Of a stretch of 27,389 nt of DNA, positions 15,795 to 23,707 are shown one piece after another (position 1 is the stretch's first letter; the number at the start of each line of letters is the position of its first letter). Source of the stretch: Gemmatimonadales bacterium (lineage in GTDB: Bacteria > Gemmatimonadota > Gemmatimonadetes > Gemmatimonadales > GWC2-71-9). The position numbers were made by a program, and so were the translations under genes. Where the stretch lies: the NCBI GenBank assembly GCA_035707585.1, contig DASSTY010000343.1, forward strand, positions 1 through 27,389, read 5' to 3'. The notes under the pieces were generated by a model. It was given only the letters and a program-made list of their open reading frames with translations, was not told the DNA's origin and searched no databases.

Positions 15795-16390
15795 GCCAGC
15801 TGCGCTTCCGTTTCGGTGAAGCTCTGGTCGGGATCGTAGGTGAGATACTGCCGCTTCTTCCGCTTCGCCTCCAGCCACGCCTCGAAGCCGGAGGGCACCG
15901 CGCCATCGGACCGAGTTTGCAGCCGGGCGGCCTGGACCGCAAGGTGATCGGCGTACTCGTTCTTGGCGTGCCCGAAATGGCCCCGCACCCAGTTCCAGTG
16001 GACGTCGTGCAGCTGGGCGGCGCGCACCAGCCGCTGCCACCGCTCCAGGTTTTCGATGGGGCCCCTCTTCCGGCGCCAGCCGCGGGAGATCCATCCCGGC
16101 ACCCATTCGCAGATTCCGCGGACCAGGTACTCGGAATCGGAAACGACCAGAACCCGGAGCCGGGCGCCGCGGGCGGCCAGGAGCTCGAGCAGAGTGGCGG
16201 CGCCTTCCAGCGCCATCCGGTTGTTGGTAGTGGCGGGATCGGAAATCCAGAAGTCGCGCCGCTGAATTCCCGAAGCGGTGCGGGTCTCGATCAGCCCGCC
16301 GGCGCCGCCACGATTATCGCTGTCCCGGCCATTGCCGAGGCAGCTTTCGTCCAGATGGGCGACGACGATGGGCGCGGATGAACGGGGCAC
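15791..16390 (-). CDS. rnhA: Ribonuclease HI (atypical active-site motifs)
   Basis: D.SCLGN, TTNNRM.L, SDSEY, W...GWR....ENL..W, WVRGH.GH..NE.AD.LA. Confidence 0.9.
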   Translation of the reverse strand: MPRSSAPIVVAHLDESCLGNGRDSDNRGGAGGLIETRTASGIQRRDFWISDPATTNNRMALEGAATLLELLAARGARLRVLVVSDSEYLVRGICEWVPGWISRGWRRKRGPIENLERWQRLVRAAQLHDVHWNWVRGHFGHAKNEYADHLAVQAARLQTRSDGAVPSGFEAWLEAKRKKRQYLTYDPDQSFTETEAQLA

Positions 16391-16396
16391 CCCTGA

Positions 16397-16402
16397 AAAA
16401 TA
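16397..16402 (-). promoter_or_regulatory. -10-like hexamer for a possibly leaderless rnhA
   Basis: TATTTT, 6 nt, GTG(16390); no Shine-Dalgarno. Confidence 0.4.
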
Positions 16403-16405
16403 GTC

Positions 16406-16633
16406 TCAGTCGCCGATCACCTGGAATTCGGCGACGTCGTCGAGGCGAAAGGTGAGTTCCTCGCCGGTCATCGGGAGGTGGCCAACGAAGGCCTCGTGAT
16501 TGTCGCGGTTGGCCAGGCGGACGGGCGTGACGATGTATTCAGTGCCTCGTCGAGTCAGCAACGCCACCCGGAGGCCGCGCCGGATGGCGTTTTCGAGGCG
16601 ATCCATCTCCTGAGGGGTCCAGCGGAAGCTCAT
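16406..16633 (-). CDS. Small hypothetical protein (~75 aa)
   Basis: MSFRWTPQEMDRLENAIRRGLRVALLTRRGTEYIVTP...; helix followed by beta-strands, compact and not low-complexity. Start could alternatively be TTG 16660. Confidence 0.65.
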   Translation of the reverse strand: MSFRWTPQEMDRLENAIRRGLRVALLTRRGTEYIVTPVRLANRDNHEAFVGHLPMTGEELTFRLDDVAEFQVIGD

Positions 16634-16690
16634 CGGCAGTCCGGAAGAGTGAACCTCCAAACTAACCGGAGTCCGCCGGACCCGGGTGGG

Positions 16691-16840
16691 TCAGTGCTGG
16701 TGGCGAACCAGCAGCACCGTTCCCGAGGTGCGCCCGATCGGCCGGTCGCTCCGGGGCGCCACGATCCAGCCGATCAGCCGGCCAGCGGCATCGCGAAGGG
16801 TGGTGTGAGGCACGTTGTTGTCGACGGTGTTGGTGATCAT
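16691..16840 (-). CDS. 49-aa small protein absent from the ORF track
   Basis: MITNTVDNNVPHTTLRDAAGRLIGWIVAPRSDRPIGRTSGTVLLVRHQH*; AGGAG RBS 8 nt upstream; ECF-type promoter further upstream. Confidence 0.6.
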   Translation of the reverse strand: MITNTVDNNVPHTTLRDAAGRLIGWIVAPRSDRPIGRTSGTVLLVRHQH

Positions 16841-16878
16841 CGGAACTTCTCCTGCGCTGAATGCGTCACACTGTACCG

Positions 16879-16909
16879 AGTGAGATGCCGGCAGGGAGAG
16901 AAAGGTTGC
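16879..16909 (-). promoter_or_regulatory. ECF-type promoter driving the 49-aa ORF
   Basis: GCAACC, 16 nt, CATCTCACT on the minus strand; same geometry as the promoter at 17215-17245. Confidence 0.55.
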
Positions 16910-17220
16910 GTGGCCGGCGGAGCCGGCGCCGCCGGCAGTCGGAGCGGCGGGTGGAAGGACGTTTGATTATCCGCCGCTGGTCGGAACGGCGCAGCCGCGC
17001 AGCGGCAGCGCGCCGTTGGTCGGAGCCGCGCCTGGGGGCGCGGCCGGTCGGAACGACGGTTGGACGCTGGTCGGTGCACCCCTCCGACCATCCGGCCCCA
17101 GCAGGGCCGGATCCGACCATGCAGCCGCCGCAGGCGCTGCATCCGACCAGCGACGCGGGCCGCGGAGCGGCCGCGGAGCTCCGACGGGCCGGCTCCGCCG
17201 GCCCCGCCGGCCACGCAACC
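16904..17220. repeat. Nested palindromic array of (TG)GTCGGA motifs separated by hairpins, bounded by a 17-bp perfect inverted repeat (REP-cluster-like)
   Basis: GTCGG(A) at 16938, 16980, 17019, 17047 and 17070; TCCGAC at 17083, 17112, 17142 and 17180; hairpins between most motifs; terminal IR ccgccggccacgcaacc at 16904-16920 / 17204-17220. Confidence 0.8.
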
Positions 17221-17245
17221 CTTTTCCAGCCCCCTGTGTCAGACT
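17215..17245 (+). promoter_or_regulatory. ECF-type (probably autoregulatory) promoter of the sigma operon
   Basis: GCAACC, 16 nt, TGTCAGACT immediately upstream of the ECF sigma gene; matches the general AAC-N16-xGTC geometry of ECF promoters. Confidence 0.6.
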
Positions 17246-17282
17246 GCCAGTGCCGGATGAACCGCAAGCTCCCGGGAGCCGG

Positions 17283-17819
17283 GTGGACGAACAACGGCTG
17301 ATTCAACGAGTCCTCGCCGGCGATCCGGTGGCGGAGCGGGCCTTGTACGACGGGCACGTAGACCGGGTGTACCGGTTGGTCTACCGGATCGTCGGCGAGC
17401 CGGACCGGGCGCAGGACTGCACCCAGGAAACCTTCATCCGCGCCTTTGAGCGGCTGGCGGACTTCCGCGGCGAGTCGGCTCTGGGCACCTGGATCGGCCG
17501 GATCGCCATCACGGTGGCGCTCAACGGACTCCGGCGGATCAAGCGGAACTGGAACCGTGAAGTGGTGCTGGACGATGCGGCGGCGGTGGGCGCTCCGGCT
17601 CACCACGCGGAGCCCGACCTGAAGGAGCGGCTGGCAATGGCAATCGACGATCTGCCGGAAGGATACAGGACGGTTTTCGTGCTGCACGATGTCGAGGGCT
17701 ACACCCACGAGGAGATCGGCGGGCTCCTGGGCGTGCAGCCCGGTACCTCCAAGGCGCAGCTCTCCCGGGCCCGGGCTCGGCTCAGGGTGGCGCTGGCCGA
17801 CTTTGCGCTGGAGCAGTGA
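17283..17819 (+). CDS. ECF (sigma-70 family group 4) RNA polymerase sigma factor
   Basis: Region 2 (AQDCTQETFIRAF..L..FRGES.LGTWI..I) and region 4 (LPEGYRTVFVLHDVEGYTHEEIG..LG...GTSKAQLSRAR). Start GTG 17283 has a GGAG RBS; in-frame GTG 17250 could be a leaderless start. Confidence 0.95.
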   Translation: MDEQRLIQRVLAGDPVAERALYDGHVDRVYRLVYRIVGEPDRAQDCTQETFIRAFERLADFRGESALGTWIGRIAITVALNGLRRIKRNWNREVVLDDAAAVGAPAHHAEPDLKERLAMAIDDLPEGYRTVFVLHDVEGYTHEEIGGLLGVQPGTSKAQLSRARARLRVALADFALEQ

Positions 17820-18643
17820 TGATGGATGACCGATTCGACGACTGGATAGAGGAAGCGGCCCGCGACTACAACGCGCCGCCGGAGCCGCCCCGCGAGGCGA
17901 TGTGGGAGGCGATTGCCGCCGCCCGCACCGGCAGCACTCCAGCGGTGCGGCCGATCAAGCCGGCCCGCCGGGTCCGCCCGATCTGGGCGTTGCCGCTGGC
18001 CGCGGCGGCGCTGCTGCTGATCGGAATCGAAGTGGGGAGGATGAGCCGAGGTGCCAGCGAGCCGGGGGCTACCGGTGCGGTGGCGACGACCGGTTCCGAC
18101 AGCGCACCGGCGCGCCACGATTCCATCGCGCTGCCACCTGAATCCGGGCAGCAGCTGGCCCAGCAGCAACCGGAAAGCGAGCCGGCCAGCGCTGCCACGG
18201 CGCGACTGGCCAACCAGTCAGCCTCGCGTAACACCGGACCGGCGGGTGAGCGGCTCGCGAAGAATGAACTCCGCAGCGAGCGCTCCGACCGCGCCTACCA
18301 GATGGTCATCGCCGACTACCTGACGCAGTCGGAAACGTTTCTCTCGCTGTTCCGCACGGCGGTGACCGAAGGGCGAGACGATCGACTGGCGCCGGCGACG
18401 GCTCGGCAGCTTCTGGCCACCAACCGGCTGCTGCTCGATTCGCCGGCGGCGCACGATCCGGCGATGCGAAATCTGCTGCAGGATCTGGAACTGGTGCTGG
18501 CGCAGATCAGCCAGCTCCCCGCCGACTCGTCGCGCGGCGGCGATGTCAGGATCATCACCGACGGGCTCGATCAGAACGACGTGATGCTGCGCCTCAGGGC
18601 TCAAACCCCGGCGCGAGTGAACACCATCCAAGGAGTGTTGTGA
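17816..18643 (+). CDS. Putative membrane-anchored anti-sigma factor
   Basis: Coupled to the sigma gene (GTGA overlap); short cytoplasmic N-terminus, one TM helix (WALPLAAAALLLIGI), linker and helical C-terminal domain; no ZAS HxxxCxxC motif. Confidence 0.65.
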   Translation: MMMDDRFDDWIEEAARDYNAPPEPPREAMWEAIAAARTGSTPAVRPIKPARRVRPIWALPLAAAALLLIGIEVGRMSRGASEPGATGAVATTGSDSAPARHDSIALPPESGQQLAQQQPESEPASAATARLANQSASRNTGPAGERLAKNELRSERSDRAYQMVIADYLTQSETFLSLFRTAVTEGRDDRLAPATARQLLATNRLLLDSPAAHDPAMRNLLQDLELVLAQISQLPADSSRGGDVRIITDGLDQNDVMLRLRAQTPARVNTIQGVL

Positions 18644-20121
18644 TGCGAGGCATGCAATTGGGCTTCATGTTGGCGGGTCTGATGGGGCTCGGCATCGTTG
18701 GCACCAGCCAGGCACCTGCCGCCAGTCAGGCCGCCGCCGTGCAGAGCGCCGAGGCGTTCAGGACCGTGCCGCGCGCCGCGTGGCTCCACCAGGATCCGGG
18801 CGATTCGCTCTATCGCGCTGCCCGCGAAGCATTGACCCGCGGGCGCTACCAGGAAGCGGCGTCGCTCTTCGGGGAACTGGTGGATCGCTATCCCCAGTCG
18901 GGCTACGTGGCCGACTCGCTCTACTGGCGAGCCTTCGCGCTCTATCGGGTGGGTGGCAGCGACAACCTGCGGCAGAGCCTCGCCCTGCTGGAGCAGCAGC
19001 AGAGCCGGTTCCCCAAGGCGGAGAATCCCGATGCTCCGGCGCTGGCTACCCGGATTCGCGGTGAGCTGGCCCGGTTGGGCGACCCGCAGGCCGCGGCGGT
19101 CGTGGCTGCGGAAGCCCGTTCGGCGGCACCGGTCATGGCTCCGACGCCGCCGACTCCCCCGAATGCAATGGCCGCGCCGGCGCCGGCGAGGCCGGCGGTC
19201 GCGCCTCGCGTCGGGAGAGGCTGGGGGCCGGGCGACGAATGTGCCAATGAAGACGATATGAAACTCGCGGCGCTCAACGCCCTCCTGCAGATGGACTCCG
19301 ATCGCGCGGTGCCGATTCTCCAGAAGGTTCTGGCGCGCCGCGACAGCAGCAGCACCTGCCTGCGGCGCCGGGCGGTGTTCCTCCTGGCACAGAAGGAAAC
19401 CGATCAGACCGGCCGGATGCTGCTCGACGTCGTCCGCAACGATCCTGATCCCGAGGTGCGGGGGCAGGCGGTGTTCTGGCTGTCGCAGGTCCAGGGCGAC
19501 GCGGCCGTTGCGGCACTCGATTCGGTGATTCGCGCCACCAAGGATCCCGAGCTTCAGAAGAAAGCGCTGTTTGCGCTGGGCCAGCAGTCGGGTCCCAAGG
19601 CGGCGGCGGCACTCCGCGCCTTCGCCGAGCGGGACGACGTCCCCGAGGAAACCAGGTCAACCGCCGTCTTCTGGCTCGGTCAGAAGGGGCGGCCGGAGGA
19701 TGCAGCGTTCCTGCGCTCGCTCTACAGCAAGACGAAGAATGAGCAGGTCAAGAAGCGGATTCTCTTCTCCGTGTCGCAGTCGGGCGAAGGCGCCGACAAC
19801 ACCGCCTGGCTGGTCAAGATCGCGCGAGACACCAGCGAGGATCTGGAGCAGCGAAAGCAGGCGCTCTTCTGGGCGGGGCAGAGCGGGGCGTCCACCGCAA
19901 CGATGACCAGTCTCTACGCCACCATGCCGGGCGAAGACATGAAAAAGCAGCTGATCTTCGTGCTCGGTCAGCGGCATGACCCGGCGGCGGTGGACAAGCT
20001 GATCGACATCGCGCGGAACGAGAAGGATCCGGAGCTCAAGCGGAGCGCACTCTTCTGGCTCGGTCAGTCGGATGATCCGCGGGTGACCAAGCTGCTGGAA
20101 GATCTGCTCACTCAGCCCTGA
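18643..20121 (+). CDS. Exported TPR plus HEAT-repeat protein
   Basis: Signal peptide; BamD-like TPR (YRAAREAL.RGRYQEAA..F..LV..YP.S.Y...SLYWRA); about 8 HEAT-like repeats with A(V/L)F(W/A)L(G/S)Q cores. AGGAG RBS; ATG overlaps the upstream TGA. Confidence 0.85.
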   Translation: MRGMQLGFMLAGLMGLGIVGTSQAPAASQAAAVQSAEAFRTVPRAAWLHQDPGDSLYRAAREALTRGRYQEAASLFGELVDRYPQSGYVADSLYWRAFALYRVGGSDNLRQSLALLEQQQSRFPKAENPDAPALATRIRGELARLGDPQAAAVVAAEARSAAPVMAPTPPTPPNAMAAPAPARPAVAPRVGRGWGPGDECANEDDMKLAALNALLQMDSDRAVPILQKVLARRDSSSTCLRRRAVFLLAQKETDQTGRMLLDVVRNDPDPEVRGQAVFWLSQVQGDAAVAALDSVIRATKDPELQKKALFALGQQSGPKAAAALRAFAERDDVPEETRSTAVFWLGQKGRPEDAAFLRSLYSKTKNEQVKKRILFSVSQSGEGADNTAWLVKIARDTSEDLEQRKQALFWAGQSGASTATMTSLYATMPGEDMKKQLIFVLGQRHDPAAVDKLIDIARNEKDPELKRSALFWLGQSDDPRVTKLLEDLLTQP

Positions 20122-20133
20122 CGGAGGTGGACG

Positions 20134-20877
20134 ATGCGAATTCAACTGCTGGCCGCCGCCGCCCTGATCATCCCGACCGGGCTGGCCGCGCAGTCGCTGG
20201 CGGCGCGAGTGGCGAACGCGCCCGACGGGCAGGTGCATTTCAGTTACGCCGCGCGCCCCGGTGTCTGCGGCAATGGCACCAACTCGATCAGCGTGCACGA
20301 CCGGGACGACCAGGACTGGGTGGGCGACTGCGAGAGCGGGCCAGTGCGAGTGGCGCTCACGGTGGCGCACGGACAGGTGGAGCGGCTGCATACGTATGTC
20401 GGCGGGCACTGGCGCCAGGGGAGCGGTACCGATCTGGGGATGGTGCGGGCCGCCGATGCAGCCGATTATCTGCTGGACCTCGGCAGCCGGATTTCACATA
20501 AGGGCGGCGACGCGATCTTTGCCGCCACCCTGGCCGACAGCGTTGAGGTATGGCCCAGACTGGTGAAACTGGCGCAGAACCAGAATGTGCCGAAGGAGAA
20601 CCGGCGCAGCGCCATCTTCTGGCTGGGCCAGGCGGCGGGGGATCGGATCACCGCGTCGCTCGATTCGATTGCCATGGCGCCGGGCGAGCGGGAGATCCGC
20701 GATGCGGCGGTGTTTGCGCTGTCTCAGCGGCCGCACGACGAAGGGGTGCCGGCACTGATCAATGTCGCGCGCACCAATCCCGACCCGCAGACCCGGCGCA
20801 AGGCGCTGTTCTGGCTGGGTCAGTCGGAGGACCCGCGGGCGGTGGCGTTGTTTGAGGAGATCTTGGAAGGGAATTAG
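20134..20877 (+). CDS. Exported HEAT-repeat protein
   Basis: Signal peptide (…LAAQ), beta-rich N-terminus, three HEAT repeats (AIFWLGQ, AVFALSQ, ALFWLGQ); GGAGG RBS. Confidence 0.85.
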   Translation: MRIQLLAAAALIIPTGLAAQSLAARVANAPDGQVHFSYAARPGVCGNGTNSISVHDRDDQDWVGDCESGPVRVALTVAHGQVERLHTYVGGHWRQGSGTDLGMVRAADAADYLLDLGSRISHKGGDAIFAATLADSVEVWPRLVKLAQNQNVPKENRRSAIFWLGQAAGDRITASLDSIAMAPGEREIRDAAVFALSQRPHDEGVPALINVARTNPDPQTRRKALFWLGQSEDPRAVALFEEILEGN

Positions 20878-20927
20878 GGGTGCGGGATAGCGATTATAGC
20901 CCCGGAGGCTGGGTGGGCAGGTAGGGC

Positions 20928-21203
20928 CTAGCGATCTCGAGGGACCATCCCACCAGGGCCACCCTGCGTCAGCATCCGCTCTGCGAAATCGACTCTTTCG
21001 GTTAGCTCCGCGACCTCGCGCCGCAGTTCGATCAATTCGCTGCCGAGGTCCTGAAGCAACTGTCGGCTCGCCTGGTCGTCATGATCATATCGCACCAGGG
21101 CCCGGCGAATGGCAGCGCGGCACACCAAGTAACCGCCCGCCCCCAGCAGGGTGGCGATCACTCCGATGGTCAGTACCAGCGCCACTAATTGTGGAAGCAT
21201 CAT
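20928..21203 (-). CDS. Small single-TM coiled-coil protein (PspB-like architecture)
   Basis: N-terminal TM helix, then heptad coiled coil LIELRREVAELTERVDFAERML. Confidence 0.7.
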   Translation of the reverse strand: MMLPQLVALVLTIGVIATLLGAGGYLVCRAAIRRALVRYDHDDQASRQLLQDLGSELIELRREVAELTERVDFAERMLTQGGPGGMVPRDR

Positions 21204-21255
21204 CCCCTCTTCCGCCGACTACTGCGTGTTGGCCGACGTATGAACTCGCGGGCGG

Positions 21256-22452
21256 CTATGGCTGTGACGTATCCTTCGCAAACCGCAACACAACGACATG
21301 CTGCAGTCCCACCGAATCGGTTGACACGCCAAGCGCACGCGCTCCGGTTGCTGCGCACCTGGTGAGTTCGACGTTGTCCGGCCACGATCTGGTTGCAGTA
21401 AGGTGCCCTGAACTGTCGTAGATGTCGGCATACCGAAATCCCGGCTCGGGCGATGCAAACTGAATCCACAAATTGCTGTCGAGATCCACGCACAAGTTCT
21501 CGATTTGCGGTCTCGCGTCGGGAATCTTGAGCTTCTCGGCCACCTCAGGGTGACGCTTGGCAATCGCGGTCCGGATCGTCGCTGCACGCTGCCGCTGCTC
21601 ATCGGACAATGCGGATGGGGACAGCGATCGCCGTGCCGACCATCGGAGAGCATGCCCAGGACCGTAGACACTCACGTTGTACAAGGTACTTACCGCGCTG
21701 GCGTATCCATCCCCGATGCCAAAGGCCCATAACGCTTGTGGTGCGAACGGCAGTCGGAAGACGCTTATCCCATTGCCTGATCGCGATACCACAGCGCCGA
21801 GGCTGTCGGGAGACGGTTCCTCGAGGGTGTCGATACCGTCCCAGCGTCCCGATGGCGCAAGCATAAACCGAGCGATCAGGAAGCTCCCATCGGATTTCAT
21901 CCCCCCGCCCCCGTTGTGCAGCAGCTTGCCGTTCGCGAATGAAATGCGAGTCGATAATCCGGTTGGGCCATCCGGCATAGCGATCGATTTGACATACCTG
22001 GCTGAGGAGTCACCCAGCACGAACTCGCTGTATCTGCGATTGCCATCCTCTTCCACCCAGAGATGGCCGTCATCCGCCGTACGAATGCAGCAGGGCGATC
22101 GCAAGTCGCCCGGCCCCGCTCCGTCTTGGCCGAAGCCGTACTGCAGGTTGCCGAGCGTATCGAAGACCAGCACGCGGTTGGTGCTGGCGTCGGCGACCAG
22201 GATGTGGCCATCAGCGTCAAAGCCCAGGCCGCGAATGTCAGTAAAGCCGCTCGAGGAATCGTTCGTATCGCCGCTGGGCGTGAGCACCTGCACAATCTTC
22301 GCTGTCTCAGCAATCGCCGGAGAATTCTGCTGTGGTGCGGATGCATGCTCAGCGCACCCGGCAACCAGCGCCACCAGGCATGTCACCGCGGTTACACGGA
22401 ATGGCATGCCACACGCGAGGATGGGTCGTGATGCGACGTGCTGAACCGGCAT
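21256..22452 (-). CDS. 6-bladed beta-propeller (NHL-like) lipoprotein
   Basis: Lipobox LVAGC; blade motif ILVADASTNRVLVFD..G......G..G.GPGDL..P; GGAG RBS 5 nt before ATG 22452. Confidence 0.78.
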   Translation of the reverse strand: MPVQHVASRPILACGMPFRVTAVTCLVALVAGCAEHASAPQQNSPAIAETAKIVQVLTPSGDTNDSSSGFTDIRGLGFDADGHILVADASTNRVLVFDTLGNLQYGFGQDGAGPGDLRSPCCIRTADDGHLWVEEDGNRRYSEFVLGDSSARYVKSIAMPDGPTGLSTRISFANGKLLHNGGGGMKSDGSFLIARFMLAPSGRWDGIDTLEEPSPDSLGAVVSRSGNGISVFRLPFAPQALWAFGIGDGYASAVSTLYNVSVYGPGHALRWSARRSLSPSALSDEQRQRAATIRTAIAKRHPEVAEKLKIPDARPQIENLCVDLDSNLWIQFASPEPGFRYADIYDSSGHLTATRSWPDNVELTRCAATGARALGVSTDSVGLQHVVVLRFAKDTSQP

Positions 22453-22486
22453 CTTCACTCCGGGGTGGATGGCGGGGGCTTCTGCC

Positions 22487-23440
22487 TCACCACAGGCGGT
22501 ACGTGTACACCGCCGGCAGCGGGTCGCTCACCAGCAAACAGAGAAATCCATCGGTTGCCGCGATCGCCTCTGCCTCGAGCGGCACCGTGAATTCGCTCCA
22601 CTGATTCGGTGCTTCCCTGTCGAGCTCGTGAATCGTGGTCGACCCAGCGGTTTCGTGCGACAAGGTAAACACCCTTCGGCGATCGACGGCGGCTGCCCAG
22701 GTATACTCGCTGGCGGATGGGTCGATTCTGGAACTGACGAGCTTGGTGTTCGCAACCTTCTCGCGGACAATTCTCGGAAAATTCCCCGCCGCTTGGCGAA
22801 GCAGCTTCTGCTGCCCGCTCGACGATACTTCGACAACCAGCGGACTCCAGCGAAAGGCGACGATGGCACTGCCCCGCCGGTCTGATGCTGTGGCGGTCTC
22901 GTATACCAGGCTGGCCTCGAGCGGCGTGCGTCGCGAGTCGCCCACGTGCAGCTCGAACTTGCCCGCAATCTTGCCGGTTGGCGCGTAAACCGAAAAGGTC
23001 AGCGGGTCCCTGCCGCTGACGGCGATTTGGCCCCCCGCCAGCGCGACTACCTTCGACGGCGTTTCCGGCAGCGCCACGGTCCGGACCAGCTTCCCGTCAA
23101 TCGCATACCATGTGAGCCGAGAGAGTGCCTCATCGGCCAGCACGATGCTGCCATCGGTGGACCGCACGATTGCAACCGGGTGCTGGAACTCGCCGGGCCC
23201 TGAGCCCTGTCTGCCGATTTTTCGCAGAAGCCGGCCGTCTTGGGTCAGCACCTTCAGTGACAGGTCTCCCTGATCGAACACGATGAGCGTGTCATGCGTT
23301 GCGAGGAGGAGGGTCGGGGAGAGGAGGGTGGTGTCGCCGTGGACCAGTGTGGATGCGACGGGCGCGGGACTGATCGGCCGTTGAGCGACGGCGGCACCGG
23401 CCCAGCCAAACACGAGCGCGCCGATGAGGCAGAGGCGCAT
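22487..23440 (-). CDS. Exported 6-bladed beta-propeller (NHL-like) protein
   Basis: Signal peptide; FDQGD..LKVL..DGRLLRKIGRQGSGPGEFQHP blade motif. Confidence 0.78.
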   Translation of the reverse strand: MRLCLIGALVFGWAGAAVAQRPISPAPVASTLVHGDTTLLSPTLLLATHDTLIVFDQGDLSLKVLTQDGRLLRKIGRQGSGPGEFQHPVAIVRSTDGSIVLADEALSRLTWYAIDGKLVRTVALPETPSKVVALAGGQIAVSGRDPLTFSVYAPTGKIAGKFELHVGDSRRTPLEASLVYETATASDRRGSAIVAFRWSPLVVEVSSSGQQKLLRQAAGNFPRIVREKVANTKLVSSRIDPSASEYTWAAAVDRRRVFTLSHETAGSTTIHELDREAPNQWSEFTVPLEAEAIAATDGFLCLLVSDPLPAVYTYRLW

Positions 23441-23634
23441 CAGGGCGCCCGCTTCTCCAGGATCTCCTGCGCCCGCGGCAAATCCCGGCGATCAGCCAGT
23501 CGCACGGTGAACGGATTGCCAATCACCCCGCTCAGGTACGCGCCGCCAACCGTCGCTTCGATGCCCTCGGCCTCGAGTTCAAAGACGATGGCCAGCGCGT
23601 CGGATTCGGTCCAGGTGCGGCAGAGCTCCACCAT
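23440..23634 (-). CDS. Small DUF2007-like (putative signal-transducing) protein, 64 aa
   Basis: A..I...LEAEGIEA.V......G.......V.V....L.RA.EIL pattern; stop overlaps the next ATG (ATGA). Confidence 0.65.
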   Translation of the reverse strand: MVELCRTWTESDALAIVFELEAEGIEATVGGAYLSGVIGNPFTVRLADRRDLPRAQEILEKRAP

Positions 23635-23641
23635 GCTGCCT

Positions 23642-23670
23642 AACCTGCCGGCCGGTACCGCGCCCGTCAA
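23642..23670 (-). promoter_or_regulatory. Sigma70-like promoter, possibly leaderless, for the DUF2007-like gene
   Basis: TTGACG, 17 nt, CAGGTT, 7 nt, ATG(23634). Confidence 0.4.
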
Positions 23671-23707
23671 GCGTAGGGGCGGGTCTCCGAGCCGACCCTG
23701 AGTGCCG

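Noticed and set aside
16938-17185. Possible CRISPR or mini-CRISPR array
   Set aside because: The repeat is only 6-8 nt, switches orientation midway, the spacers are self-complementary hairpins, and no cas genes are present.
16904-17220. Phase-variable invertible promoter
   Set aside because: No recombinase in the window, and the promoter cores lie at or outside the IR ends so inversion would barely change them; kept only as a testable alternative.
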